A stretch of DNA of 64,000 nt, taken from NCBI GenBank assembly GCA_951406725.2, contig OX597837.1, forward strand, positions 20,460,001 through 20,524,000, written 5' to 3'. Positions 26,126 through 38,110 of this stretch are shown piece by piece. The notes under the pieces are model-generated. The model did not search any database. It saw nothing but the letters and a program-made list of their open reading frames with translations, and was not told where the DNA came from. Origin of the DNA: Octopus vulgaris (Eukaryota). Positions within the stretch are counted from its first letter, which is position 1. Each line of letters starts with the position of its first letter. The position numbers and the translations under genes are program-made.

Positions 26126-26252
26126 TATATGTATATATCTCAGTCTCTTTTGCCAAACTGCTAGGTTTTGAGGCATAAACACACCAACACTGGTTGTCAA
26201 GCTGTGGTGGGGAGACAAACACCACACACACACACACACATAGGTATATATA

Positions 26253-26454
26253 AAGGCATGTTGAAAAATCTTAGCTTTAGGGGTATTGCAAAAGGCCTGG
26301 TTGGGGGCTCAACTTTTCAAGTTTTTTGCAGGGCTTAGAAAAACTGAAAGACTGCCGCAATAAGTATGTGATTCTGACAGGGAAGATATATTGAATAATA
26401 TCTCTTCCTATATTTTCTTTTATCTAAAGCAAGGAACTTTTCAGCACCCCCTTA
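26253..26454. mobile_element. Mariner-type MITE (decayed)
   Basis: TA-flanked. Left end AAGGCATGTTGAAAAATCTTAGCTTTAG is an imperfect inverted repeat of right end CTAAAGCAAGGAACTTTTCAGCACCCCCTT. Confidence 0.7.
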
Positions 26455-26456
26455 TG

Positions 26457-26515
<59 letters not shown>

Positions 26516-26625
26516 ACTCACACACACACACACGATGGGCTTCGTTCAATTTCCATCTACCAAATCCACCCAGAAGATTTTGATCAACCTGAGACTATAG
26601 CGGAAGACACTTGCCCACTGAACTT

Positions 26626-26857
26626 TTTGTTGTTGCTAATCAACAAGACAGGTAAGAGTGATTAGGTGATAGTCTAGGGCTTAGCGGCAGGAGACCCCAG
26701 ACCTTAGAAAGAAAAAAAAGAAACTTTGGTCGTCTTTTTGTAGTCGAGGGCACTTTGTTGACGCCCGACATGACTGGGAGGTGGCCCTTGAAATCGCTGG
26801 AAATGGAGATCTCCAGGTCCAAATTCTTGAACGGCAAAACCTTCGCTTGAAAATTCT
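26626..26857 (-). mobile_element. CpG-rich 5'-truncated retroposed insert inside a SINE A copy
   Basis: Splits SINE A (26530-26625 and 26858-26905). TGAACTT occurs on both sides. The minus-strand 3' end is GCAACAACAAAA. Confidence 0.65.
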
Positions 26858-26944
26858 TGAACTTGGAACCATGTGGTTGGGAAGCAAACTTCTTACCGCA
26901 CAGCCATGTCTCCAAGAGAATGTATATACATATATTAGAAAGCC

Positions 26945-27350
26945 AAGCAGTAGAGAAATGTAGGGTAATATACCAAAACTTCAGATATGGTACAGAATGT
27001 AAACTTAGATATTGAAAGAGCAGACAAAAATATATTTTCTCCATCTCTGCTGCTTAAATATTTTATCTTAGGAGATGCCCAAACAGAGATGGGGTAGAAT
27101 TCAAACAAAGATGTAAAAGCAGAAAAAAATACAGAATACAAGTTTCCCAAACACCAGAGACAGGTTAGAATTTAAGCTAAAGACAGCAACAATATTGCAA
27201 CAGCAGAGATGGAGTAGAATTTAAGCTAATATGCCATAACGGCAAGAGAAATGCAGAATGTAAACTAAGACATCTAAATGGTAGAAATGTGCAGAATTTA
27301 AGCTACAATACCCAAACAGTAGGGGAGGGGTGCAGAATTTAAGCTAGTAT
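26945..27350. repeat. Degenerate minisatellite of about 38-40 bp
   Basis: YAGAATKTAARCTA recurs near 26994, 27094, 27132, 27166, 27215, 27254, 27292 and 27333. Confidence 0.75.
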
Positions 27351-27774
27351 ACGAAATTATGAGAGAGAGAGAGCAGAGTGAGACTAGGTCATGTTTGAAA
27401 GTACACAAGTTCTTTAAACACCATAGAATGAAGAGAAGCATCTTAAAATGTTGCACACATCAATGCCACAAGCTGTAGCTTCACTGCAGCAAGCTCTCAC
27501 TGCACAAGCATTGAGAGGGAGAGAGAGAGAGAGAGATTAGAGGGAAGCAGAGGCAGACACACAGACAGACGGACAGACACTTTAAGCAGCTACCTACATC
27601 TTCTTACAATCCCACCAGATGTCACTGCTGCACTGAGCAATCTCAAGTAGGTGTGCAAGTCTTCAGCCAGCATCACAGCATCATGTTGCAATATAAATAA
27701 TATCTATATATGTATATATATATATATATATGTGTATATATATATATATATGTATATATATGTATAAATATGTT

Positions 27775-27824
<50 letters not shown>

Positions 27825-28603
27825 AAAACCTACGGTTGGAAGGAGAAATAAATACAAACATCCCACACACTCACCTGTAGTTGTACTCTACACACACACA
27901 CACACAGATAATCAGAGAGAATCTAAACTTAGACCTACAGTAACAGACCTACATAGAAATATAGACACATGCACACAGTCAAACATGCGTAGATATAGAG
28001 ACACATGTTTACGTAGGTGCCTACACAAATACACACATCCTGCACATACACTGACAGAAACCTACGCATACACACATCTACAGAAAAATATACACAGCAT
28101 CAAGTCAAAATACTCATACATTTATAAACATGTTCACACACAAAAACACATCACTTAGTTTCGAGGTGACAGCTCAACCTGCTAGAAATAGCAGCCAAAT
28201 ATTTGTCAAATCACAGCTGACCATCTTCGAAAAATGTATTAGATAATGGGGTCTTTGATGCTTTATGCCTGAAAATAAGAAGGAATGGTCCTGGCTGGGT
28301 TGCTTATTATCTTATGTCTGCTCAAACAAGACTGACCTGGGGTTTAACAGTAACACACAGATACACACACACACCTACAAAGAAATACAAACATACAGAC
28401 AGTCACACCAAAGAGCACACATGTATACACACACTCACACACTCCTCCACATTTAACATGAGGTATTGTCACTATGAAAGAAATAGAAGCTAAAATATTA
28501 ATTACTGACATTGACAGCTATGATATCTAACAGTGTGTGTGTGTGTGTGTGTGTGTGTTGGGAAAGTGAGGAAATTGTAGGTTGGGTGACATTGTTTTGG
28601 GTA

Positions 28604-29142
28604 GGGCTATTTTAACAGTATTACAAGCCCCTGGGCTCTACAGCATTTATTTATTGACGGCAAGCTACAGCATACATAGATTATAATTGGGTTCAAGACC
28701 TAAGAGCTCCAACTCAACCCCAGCAAATCAGTGCACTAGTCCCTAAATTATTTATTTATTGACAGCAAGCTAGCTATACCATACATAGATTACAATTGGG
28801 TCCTTAGGTCTGTGAGAGCCTTCAGGCAACCCATTGCACAGGGCTCTGATAGCAAGCTAGCTATACCATACATAGATTACATTTGGGTCCCTAGGTCTGT
28901 GAGAGACCCCAGGCAACCCATTGCACAGGGCTCTGATAGCAAGCTAGCTATACCATACATAGATTACAATTGGGTCCCTAGGTCTGTGAGAGACCCCAGG
29001 CAACCCATTGCACAGGGCTCTACAGCATTTATTTATTGATAGCAAGCTAGCTATACTATACATAAATTACAATTGGGTCCCTAGGTCTGTGAGGGCCCCC
29101 AGGCAACCAATTGCACAGGGCTCTACAGCATTTATTTATTGA
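28604..29142. repeat. Tandem array of 87/103-bp units (about 5 copies)
   Basis: GCAAGCTA unit starts near 28659, 28764, 28851, 28938 and 29041. A 16-bp ACAGCATTTATTTATT segment is present in some units only. Confidence 0.92.
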
Positions 29143-29249
29143 CCTAGGTGAAACCACCTAGTTCTTGCACTAGGTGATATCACCTGTTGTGGGTACTGTC
29201 AGCTGATCATAACAGGAAGGCAAATGTCAAGGAATACACTATAGAAAAA

Positions 29250-29538
29250 TGGGATCCTTATCAGAGTTTTGGGAGTCTACACAAGTAAAATAGTACACTG
29301 GATCCACAGTAGTATTTTAAGGGTCAGTGAAAAAATTTTGTTTTAGCTGTATTTATCACAAGAAATAGCTAGGTTTCTTACTCTAATGTTTTACATAGTT
29401 CAACCTATACAAGGGACTGTGAGATTAACAAAATAGGAATTTCGAAAAAAGCATCTATAAAACTAGGATCTGGTGCTTTGCCAGAGTTAAGATAGTAATC
29501 AAAGGGGTCCGTAAGCAAAAAATGGTTGAGAACCACTG
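29250..29538. mobile_element. hAT-type MITE (decayed)
   Basis: Ends AAATGGTTGAGAACCACTG. Related ends at 3183, 39348, 52187 and 63309. Confidence 0.65.
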
Positions 29539-29568
29539 CTTCATGTTTCTCAACTATAAAATCCTTAA

Positions 29569-29788
29569 ACCTTTCGTTACTGTCTTTATTTTGGGATGCT
29601 CTGTGATTCTTTCAATTACTTTAAATATAACAAAGAATTTAGTAAAATTATTTGGTTATCATTAAGCTAGTGTTAGGAACCTAAATTGTGACTAAGGTTT
29701 GGTGGAAGATTTTAATTCAAAATTTATGAAAACAAGACATTTGTACTCAGAGCCAGAGCCGGTTTCTGCCGGGTTGGTAACTTAAGGG
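29569..29788. mobile_element. Second piggyBac-type MITE family
   Basis: TTAA|ACCTTTCGTTAC ... GTAACTTAAGGG|TTAA. Confidence 0.75.
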
Positions 29789-30161
29789 TTAAACCCTCAG
29801 GATTTAAACGAGCCATATCCAACCCAAATATTCTATCTGTATTTACAATCAAACTGGCCAGATCTGGCTTCTCAGACCTACACTACAATGTCCTTGTAGA
29901 AATAAACAAACACATGATCAAAATCTTTGAAGCGACAGGATGTTGCATGGTTTATTTAGAACAATCCGAATAAATAAGCATTACATTTGACAAGAGTAAT
30001 CTGAACACAAAAGCGTTAAACCAGGTACGATACTCACATTTTAAACACATTTTCAAAGTAATCTATGCCAGGGTTAAAATAAATAGGACATTGTGTTATC
30101 AGTGAACAAATTTACGACTTATGACATACCAAGGTCTAATAGAATTTCATTATATATAGGC

Positions 30162-30195
<34 letters not shown>

Positions 30196-30202
30196 ATACA
30201 TA

Positions 30203-30233
<31 letters not shown>

Positions 30234-30291
30234 ACACAAAAAAAAAAACAACACAAAAAAAAAAAAAACATACATATATATATATATATAC

Positions 30292-30329
<38 letters not shown>

Positions 30330-30378
30330 CATACATATATATATATATATATACATACATGCATATATATATATATAT

Positions 30379-30409
<31 letters not shown>

Positions 30410-30645
30410 CATCATATATAAAACAAAAAAAAACAACATCATATATATATATATATATACATACACAAAATATATATATATATATACATACATACATGCA
30501 TATATATATATATATATACATACATATATATATATATATATATACATATACATACAAACATATATACATATATAAATACATACATATATGCATATATACA
30601 CATACATATATATATACATATTTAAATAAATATATATATATATAT

Positions 30646-30805
30646 ATTTCTTTATTGCCCACAAAGGGCTAAACATAGAGAGGACAAACAAAGGGATTAA
30701 GTCGATTACATCGACCCCAGTGCGAGACTGGTACTTTTATTTATCGACCCCGAAAGGATGAAAGGAAAAGTCGATCTCGGCGGAATTTGAACTCAGAACA
30801 TAACG
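30646..30805 (-). mobile_element. SINE family B (young subfamily, 5'-truncated)
   Basis: TTTCTTTATTGCCCACAA..GTCGATTACATCGACCCCAG..CGACCCCGAAAGGATGAAAGG. Confidence 0.88.
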
Positions 30806-30875
30806 ACAATGTATACAGATACATACACCGATACATATTCATAAATATACACGTGTGTGCGTGTATGTATATATA

Positions 30876-30914
<39 letters not shown>

Positions 30915-31377
30915 GTATACACACACTCACACACATATATGTATATGTGTATAAGCAGAATTTAGTCATCACTAATTGCATGTGTTACCAGCAAACTTTG
31001 CCTTTGTGGTTTATACTGGGCCCAGCTATCCACGTTAATTTTTATACATACATAGATATATACACACACACACACAGATACACATACAGACATATGTATA
31101 TATACACACATACACACACATTATCTATATATAAATAAAAATAACTATATATGTTTTTCTTTATGTCTTTTACTTATTTTACTAATGTCGTTGAACTGCA
31201 GCCACATTTGAGAACCACCTTGAAGGATTTAGCAGAACAAATCAACCCAAGTGCATATTTTTTTAAAGTCTGGTACTAATTCTATTAATCCCTTTTGATG
31301 AACTGCTAGTTTATGGGTGTGGAAACAAACCAATAATAGTTGTCAAGAGGTAGTAGGGGCAACCACAAACACATTGG

Positions 31378-31465
<88 letters not shown>

Positions 31466-31528
31466 TAATAATATATATATAATTAATAATAGCGTATAGA
31501 AAAATTAGTCAATAGACTATATATTATT

Positions 31529-31840
31529 CATATAAAATACAGTGTACATTTAAACACATTAAGAAGTATCCATCATAGGACTCCCTTATGCTAGAAGGAG
31601 CAGCTAAAGTCCAAACCACTAATTAGGGATAAATTCTCGAATGGAATGAAAAATAAAAAGTCAGAAACCATGGTCCAGGAAATAGATGGAAAATGTTTTT
31701 ATTTTTCATTCCCTTCGAGAATTTATCCCTAATTAGTGGTTTGGACTTTAGCTGCTCCTTCTAGCGTAAGGGAGTCCTATGATGGGAGTCCTATGATGCA
31801 TACCTCTTAATGTGTTTAAATGTACACTGTATTTTATATG
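31529..31840. repeat. Long inverted repeat (arms of about 130 bp, spacer of about 36 bp) between TA tracts
   Basis: 31529-31659 is the reverse complement of 31696-31840. The right arm has a 14-bp tandem duplication (GGGAGTCCTATGAT). Confidence 0.9.
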
Positions 31841-31910
31841 TATATATGTGTGTGTGTGTGCATGTGTATATATGTGTGTGTGCATGTGTGTGTGTGTATG
31901 TATATGTATA

Positions 31911-31995
<85 letters not shown>

Positions 31996-32949
31996 TGCTG
32001 TGCAATGAGACTGAACCCACAACCACATGATTGGGAAGCAAGCTTCCGAACAACAAAACCACATCTGTACAGTGTGTGTATGTTAGTGAGTTTTTGCCTT
32101 AGTATCATGTAATAGTTGTAAGCACGTGCCACCACCATGCAAGTGGTGTCCTTTATTTCCAGTATTTCACAAAAATATGACTTTATTTGGAAACAGGTGA
32201 TGGTTTGGAACAGGAAAAGCATCCAGCTAAAGAAAAATCTCCTTCAACAAATTCTATTTAACCCATGCAAGCATTGAAAAGTGAACATTAAAAATGAATG
32301 ACAACGACAAAGAGACAGACAAACCGACAAGAGATAGATATCACCATGTCAACTAGACTATCAGGTGTTGTCATACACCTCTGGTCACAATGCACTTCCT
32401 TGCATTGTTGTAGCTTTTGGATGAAGCTGGCTAGAGAGGTAAGCTTACATTTCCCATGAACAGAATGCCAGTCCATCATAGGATTATCCATTTAGAGCTG
32501 AGTGGACTGAAGGAAATGTGAAACGAAGTGTTTTGTTCAAGAACACAACACATAGCCCAGTCCAGGAATTGAAACCACAATCTTGCACTTGTGAGTGCAA
32601 CACCATAACCACTAGGTCATGCATCCTCACTATATATTTTATGTTTTACTTGTTTCAGTTATTAGACCGCAGCCGTGCTGGTGGGGGGGCATTGCCTTGA
32701 AAGATTTTAGTGGAGGGAATCAATCCCAGAACTTAATATTTTTTGTCTTTATTTGCAAAGCCTAGTACTTATTCTATCAGTTTCTTTTGTTGAACTGCCA
32801 AGTTACATAGGTATAAACATGCCAACACTAGTTGGGAGACAAACACAGACGCAAAGACACACACACATATATGATTGGTTTCTTTTAGTTTCAGATTGGT
32901 GGTTAAAGTACAAGACTTGCTCAGGGTGCTATGCCTACGCCTATATATA

Positions 32950-33300
32950 AAGGGGTAAAGACTCCCTTTTGTCATGAATGACAATGAGATTACACCTAGA
33001 AAGTTCCCCTCCGAGGCACAAGTCCAGGCAAGGTTGTTTATGGAAGGCCAGCAGTCAGTCACCCATGCATACAAGCCTCCGCTCTCCACACCACTGATGT
33101 TACACAAGGGAAAGGCAAAGGGGCCAATACAGCTTGGCACCAGGGATGTTGCAACACATTTCTACAGCTGAGTGAACTGTAGCAACGTGAAATAAAGTGT
33201 CTTGCTCAAGAACACAACATATAGCTAGGTCTGGGAATTGAACGCATTACCTCATGATTGTGAACCCGATGCTCTAACCACTGAACCATGTGCCTTCACC
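32950..33300 (-). mobile_element. SINE family C, near full-length
   Basis: Reverse complement of 238-552, including the tRNA-like head ending near 33299. Confidence 0.88.
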
Positions 33301-34411
33301 TTTGTCTATATGTGTGAATGTGTGTGCGTGTGTATACATTGACACTCGACAGTTATGATGAGTGTTCCAGTTGATCTAATTGAGGGAACAGCCTGCCCAT
33401 AAAATTAAGGGGCAAGCAGCTGAGCATTCCACAGACATGCATATCCCTAAAATAGTTCTCAGGGAGATTCAGCATGACACAGAATGTGCCAAGGCTGGCC
33501 TGAGTGGACTGGAGCATAGTGAAATAACATGTCTTGCTCTGGGACACAACACTCCACTGGGAATTGAACCCACGACCTTACAATGGCGAGCCAAATACCC
33601 TAACCAATAAGCCAGACATCCAAACCGCTAGAAATAGCAAATTTCCATCAAATCACATCGGACACTGGATGAGATGAATGTATTAAGTGGGGGGGGGGGG
33701 CGTGATCGTGATAGAGGTGAGAAGCGAATGGATGGGCAGTGGGGAAGATCAGATGAAGAATTTACCTTTGTTACACACACTCACTGCGAAAAGGTGAGTG
33801 GCTGCTGTGAAGAACTTAACAATGGCAAAGATTTTGGTAAGGAACCTACTCAAGGTTGTTTAATAACCTTAGACAGCCTTCTTGTAGAACATTTTACTGT
33901 CAAAGACGTCATTGTGGTAAGTTACGTATGTGTTTTATTTTGAATGTGGGTATGTGTATGTGAGTGGAAATATGTACATATATGTCTGCGTGTGTGTGTG
34001 TGTGTATAAATATATATAAAGGCAGATAGATAGATAGATAGATAGAATCATTGTAGCAGACAGTAAGTCAAACATGTAAGGGTGGTAGATAGGTGTATAA
34101 TGAAAAACATCTAGCTACTTTAAACCAACTACTAAAGTAGTTGGTTACTGTGGCCAAATCTTAGAGGAAACAGTAGTTGTAGTAGTAGTAGTAGTAGTAG
34201 TAACAACACAGCAGCGTTCATAACAGTAGTTCTGCTATGTAACCACTGCAAAGTTGGCTAAAGACCAAGCATGAGGGAACCTGAATAATAGGTTTGGTAG
34301 TGGTGGTGGTGGTGGTGGTTGTGCAGGTGGTGGTAGAGAGGTGTGTTGGTCTGGCACTGTGCCATCAGCTTATTTTAGAGAAGAACTGTGTAATGATGAA
34401 CAATGAAACTG

Positions 34412-34532
34412 AAACCAATTCAGCCAATCAGGAAGCGTCTAGTTTGGCAGCTGAGTTTGAACAATATATCAACCAATCAGAATGCCTCTAGTTAAGCAGT
34501 TCAATCTGGGCAAATGCAACCAAACAATCAGA
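34412..34532 (+). promoter_or_regulatory. CCAAT-box (NF-Y-like) cluster
   Basis: AACCAATT (34413), AGCCAATCAG (34422), AACCAATCAG (34471) and near-match ACAATCAG (34524) in non-repetitive sequence. Confidence 0.4.
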
Positions 34533-34636
34533 GCAGCTGTAATACACAAGTTTTGTCTAGGCCAAGGATCTGCATCTTCCTTCAATAATGGCTCACTTTT
34601 GATTTTCTCACATATGCCCATGACTATCATCTGTCT

Positions 34637-34828
34637 CAGTATTCTTCAAACTTTTTTATCGTGACCCATTTTATTTATCTTGCGACCTACAGTGCGAAAA
34701 ACGCTGGTTTATATATATTCTGTACTTTGCACCCATTTGCATTTTTCTCTTTGCTTCTTTTGTGTCGTGACCCATTTTATTTATCTTGCAACCCACTGAA
34801 GGGTCAGGACCCAGTTTGAAAAATGCCA
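34637..34828. mobile_element. Two short hAT-type MITE remnants
   Basis: CAGTATTCTTCAAAC..GAAAAACGCTG ends. TCGTGACCCATTTTATTTATCTTGC is duplicated at about 34659 and 34765. Confidence 0.55.
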
Positions 34829-35339
34829 ACCTATATAATATCATATCTTACTTTTTAAATTATACCGGCATATTCCTCATTACACTCACTGGTAATGCTT
34901 ACAGAAGCACATCAGGACACCAAGGACTGGAAGCCATCAAATGTCCTCAACTGCATAAAATCTCTGAAAAAGGTTTATAAAAGTTTCATAGGCATAGGAG
35001 TGGCTGTGTGGTAAGTAGCTTGCTTACCAACCACATGGTTCCGGATTCAGTCCCACTGCGTGGCACCTTGGGCAAGTGTCTTCTACTATAGCCATGTGTT
35101 GAGAGGGATTCTTTGGGGTTTGAATAAATGTAAGAAAAGCAAAGTTTGAAGGAAATATTAGCCATTTTTCATACTTTCTAGGGGTAAGCAAATAGGAAAT
35201 AACAGTTGCTACTCAAGGACAAAAATTGTGTTATACAGTGTAATAAGAAGTTGTTCTAGCCATACCCATACGCTCTTTTGGTCTTTCTAAAAGTCAGAGC
35301 ATGAGTAATACAACTGAAAGTTGTCACATCTTAACATAC

Positions 35340-35348
35340 CATCTATCT
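35340..35348 (-). CDS. Candidate 9-nt microexon AGATAGATG
   Basis: Minus strand: TTTTTGTCTTCTTTTTTTTACATCAG|AGATAGATG|GTATGT. Frame-preserving, open in phases 1 and 2. Confidence 0.3.
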
Positions 35349-35979
35349 CTGATGTAAAAAAAAGAAGACAAAAATATGTTACAACAGCAACAACAATAAC
35401 AACATCATCGTTTAGTAATGGAATCAGTATGAAGTAAATGGTTACCAACAAACATTTTTACCATTCCTGCTGGTTAACATATCAAAATTTTCAAAGATAT
35501 TTTAATGAGATTAGCAAATTCTTGGCATTGATATGGAATTAACACACACACACACAAAAATATACTAATGTAAGAAAAGAAAAAAAAAACAGCCACTATG
35601 ATACATTATGTTGTGACGTTCATTAATTCTGATGAGATATTAATTAAGACTAGACCCGTGTGTGCACACGTGAATGTGTCTCTTGCTTTTTAGAAAAGCT
35701 ATGGGCACTGCCTCACTTATTCAAACTGAATAACAAACATCTGCCTCAAGTCAGCCTTTTCCCTATTTCACAACAGCATCTGGGGTTTGGGGGCCTTTAG
35801 CAGAGACCACTCTGTTACAAACAAGTGTCCAAATCAAGTTTTCAGTGTTAGGACAGCTCATACGAAGTAGTTTATTCTTCCCGTTTTCCTCCATTTATCT
35901 TAGAGACCCTGTAATTAAGTTCCATGCACAGCACTTCTTCCTCTACGAAATCATCAGCATCATCACCATCACGAAAATA

Positions 35980-36670
35980 CAGGCATAGCTGAGTGGTTAA
36001 GAAGCTTGCTCTTTCAACCATGTGATTTTGAGTTCAGTCCCACTCTGCTCACGTTGAACAAGTGTCTTTTACTACAGCCCCAGAATGACCAATACCTTAT
36101 GAGTGGATTTTGCAGATGGAAACTGTGTGGAAGCTCATCATACATGGGTGTGTGTGTGTCTGCATGTCTTGGATTATGTGCTTGTCACTCCACTGATTGA
36201 CAAGCAGTATTTTTGTTGTTTCTTTATTGCCCACAAGGGGCTAAACATAGAAGGGACAAACAAAGACAGACAAAGGGATTAAGTTGATTACATCGACCAC
36301 AGTGTGTAACTGGTACTTAATTATCGACCCCGAAAGGATGAAAGGTAAAGTCGACCTCGGCGGTATTTGAACTCAGAACACAACGGCAGATGAAATACTG
36401 CTAAGCATTTCGCCTGGCGTGCTAATGCTTCTGCCAGCTCGCCGCCTTATTGACAATATTGACAGGCAGTACTGGTTTGTTTACATTCCCATAACTTAGC
36501 AGTTCAGCAAAAGAGATTAATAGAATAAGTACTGGGATTGAATTGTTTGACTAAAACACTCAGCCACAGTCAAATGACTGAAGTAAGTAAAAGATAAATG
36601 ATAGTGTATTTTTTTTCAACATGGGCAGTGCCCCAGTATGGCCACAGTCAAATGACTGAAGTAAGTAAGA
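35980..36670 (+). mobile_element. SINE A interrupted by an inverted full-length SINE B (36219-36449)
   Basis: The A head is at 35980 and the A tail resumes near 36460. The B reverse complement ends CTGCCAGCTCGCCGCC. Confidence 0.87.
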
Positions 36671-36997
36671 GGTAAAAGATAATAGAAAAAAATAGAGATG
36701 GTCATATATGGAACACCTTCGATCATAGATTTGCTCAATCAGAAATTAAAAAGGGTTAAATAACAATAGTAACTAAAACAATTGGTTCATATGTCATTGA
36801 TCCCCCAGGAAGGAATCAAAGACAAAGGCCAAACTGACCCTGCCAATAGTTCAATACAGGAACGTAAATGGGACGTAACTAAATACCACAAGGAATTTAG
36901 TCTGGCATTTACCCATTTCTGCTGCTCCATCGATCCGAGAAAATAGATTTTGTCTGCCTCACTAAATCTTACAAGCTAAGTTGTTGTTATTGCTTAC

Positions 36998-37079
36998 TAC
37001 CAACATGGAGATCTGCCTGTATATTTAGTTGAACTACTAATGGTGCTGCTGCTACATGCAAGCAGAACTTGAAAGAAAA
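36998..37079 (-). CDS. Candidate 82-nt exon (phase 1-2): FFQVLLACSSSTISSSTKYTGRSPCW
   Basis: Strong acceptor (CT)n-TATTTTTATTTTGTTACAG|, donor |GTAAGC, and an open frame. Confidence 0.4.
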
Positions 37080-37200
37080 CTGTAACAAAATAAAAATAAG
37101 AGAGAGAGAGAGAGAGAGAGAGGCAAAAAAAAAAAAGTTGGATTCCTTTCATGGAAAGTGTTTTGAAAAGATTCTTGAGAATTTTGTACCATGACAATAC

Positions 37201-37231
37201 CAGAAATGAAAACAAGTGTTAAGAGGAACAT
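37201..37231 (-). CDS. Candidate initial coding exon MFLLTLVFIS (phase 1 end)
   Basis: ACAATG start and donor G|GTATTG. Splices in frame to 37079 across a 121-nt intron, giving a signal-peptide-like N-terminus. Upstream acceptor TTCTTCATTCTGTCTTCAG. Confidence 0.3.
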
Positions 37232-37880
37232 TGTTATGAAGATTCTGAGTTGAAGACTGAAGACAGAATGAAGAATTTTACTGGCAGAAAATGTCCAACA
37301 GCCACACACACACACACACAGGTAAAAAAAAAAAAAGCATGAGATAAAGAAGACGGGTCACCTGACAGGAAACCTTGCAGGGGGTCCTTAAGTTTATTAA
37401 AAGACAATAGGAATAGACAATCAATGAAGGACCTACTTACAGATAGATGGACTGTGCTTACCACATTTACGACTACATACCCTAAGTTCTATGTGCTTAC
37501 TATTTACAACTAATTCATAGTTACATGGGATGAAAATGAAGTGCTAATATGTAATGAGTGACTTGTCTAAGAACACAATGCAAAAACTGTCTCAGTAATA
37601 TAAAGTGAATCTCCAACCATTCAGAACTACCCACACCAACTCTTCTTCCAACTCAACTTAATGCTCTACTCAAATGAGTGACTCATGTTGACTGCCATCT
37701 TGAAGAGTAGGAAGTAGCCTGTTTCAGGGACATGGATGGCTCACTATTTCTGTAATGCATGTATGAATACCTCTCTCTCTCTCTCGGTGGGGGTGTGTGA
37801 GTGTGTAGACTGACATTTATGTGTGTGTGTGTGTCTGTCTGTGTAAACACACACACACACAGACACACACACACAAACAC

Positions 37881-37929
<49 letters not shown>

Positions 37930-38058
37930 TAGATAGATAGATATTTAAAATTCGTGGGCATGTGTATGTCCCTGTTAGTGTGTGTGTGTGTGTCTGCATT
38001 TATGAATGTAATGCAGAGTCTCTTGTCTAAAGGGTACTCAACTAGATTTTGATTAGTA

Positions 38059-38110
<52 letters not shown>

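Noticed and set aside
27868-27890. Other AG|GT juxtapositions (CAG|GTGAGT here; also about 47003 and 55026 on the minus strand)
   Set aside because: No polypyrimidine tract or branch point upstream, unlike the 6886 site.
28621-28632. TTACAAGCCC resembling a twister ribozyme loop
   Set aside because: The remaining twister stems and conserved segments could not be found, and the word is not repeated in the array units.
26945-29142. CRISPR-like repeat/spacer appearance of the two tandem arrays
   Set aside because: The 'spacers' are homologous to each other, the repeats are degenerate or too long, the context is eukaryotic, and no cas ORFs exist.
30230-30440. Poly-A/CA runs inside a TA tract
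   Set aside because: Looks like base-calling or consensus error within a long (TA)n array, or simple decay. Not interpretable as a feature.
33627-33640. GCTAGAAATAGCAA, identical to part of the engineered Cas9 sgRNA scaffold
   Set aside because: It is the GAAA hairpin of repeat family D. No flanking tracrRNA or repeat sequence and no cas genes are present.
33888-33922. Plus-strand 29-nt exon-like TTGTAG|AACATTTTACTGTCAAAGACGTCATTGTG|GTAAGT
   Set aside because: The pyrimidine tract is short and no compatible partner exons were found on the plus strand. It cannot be supported from sequence alone.
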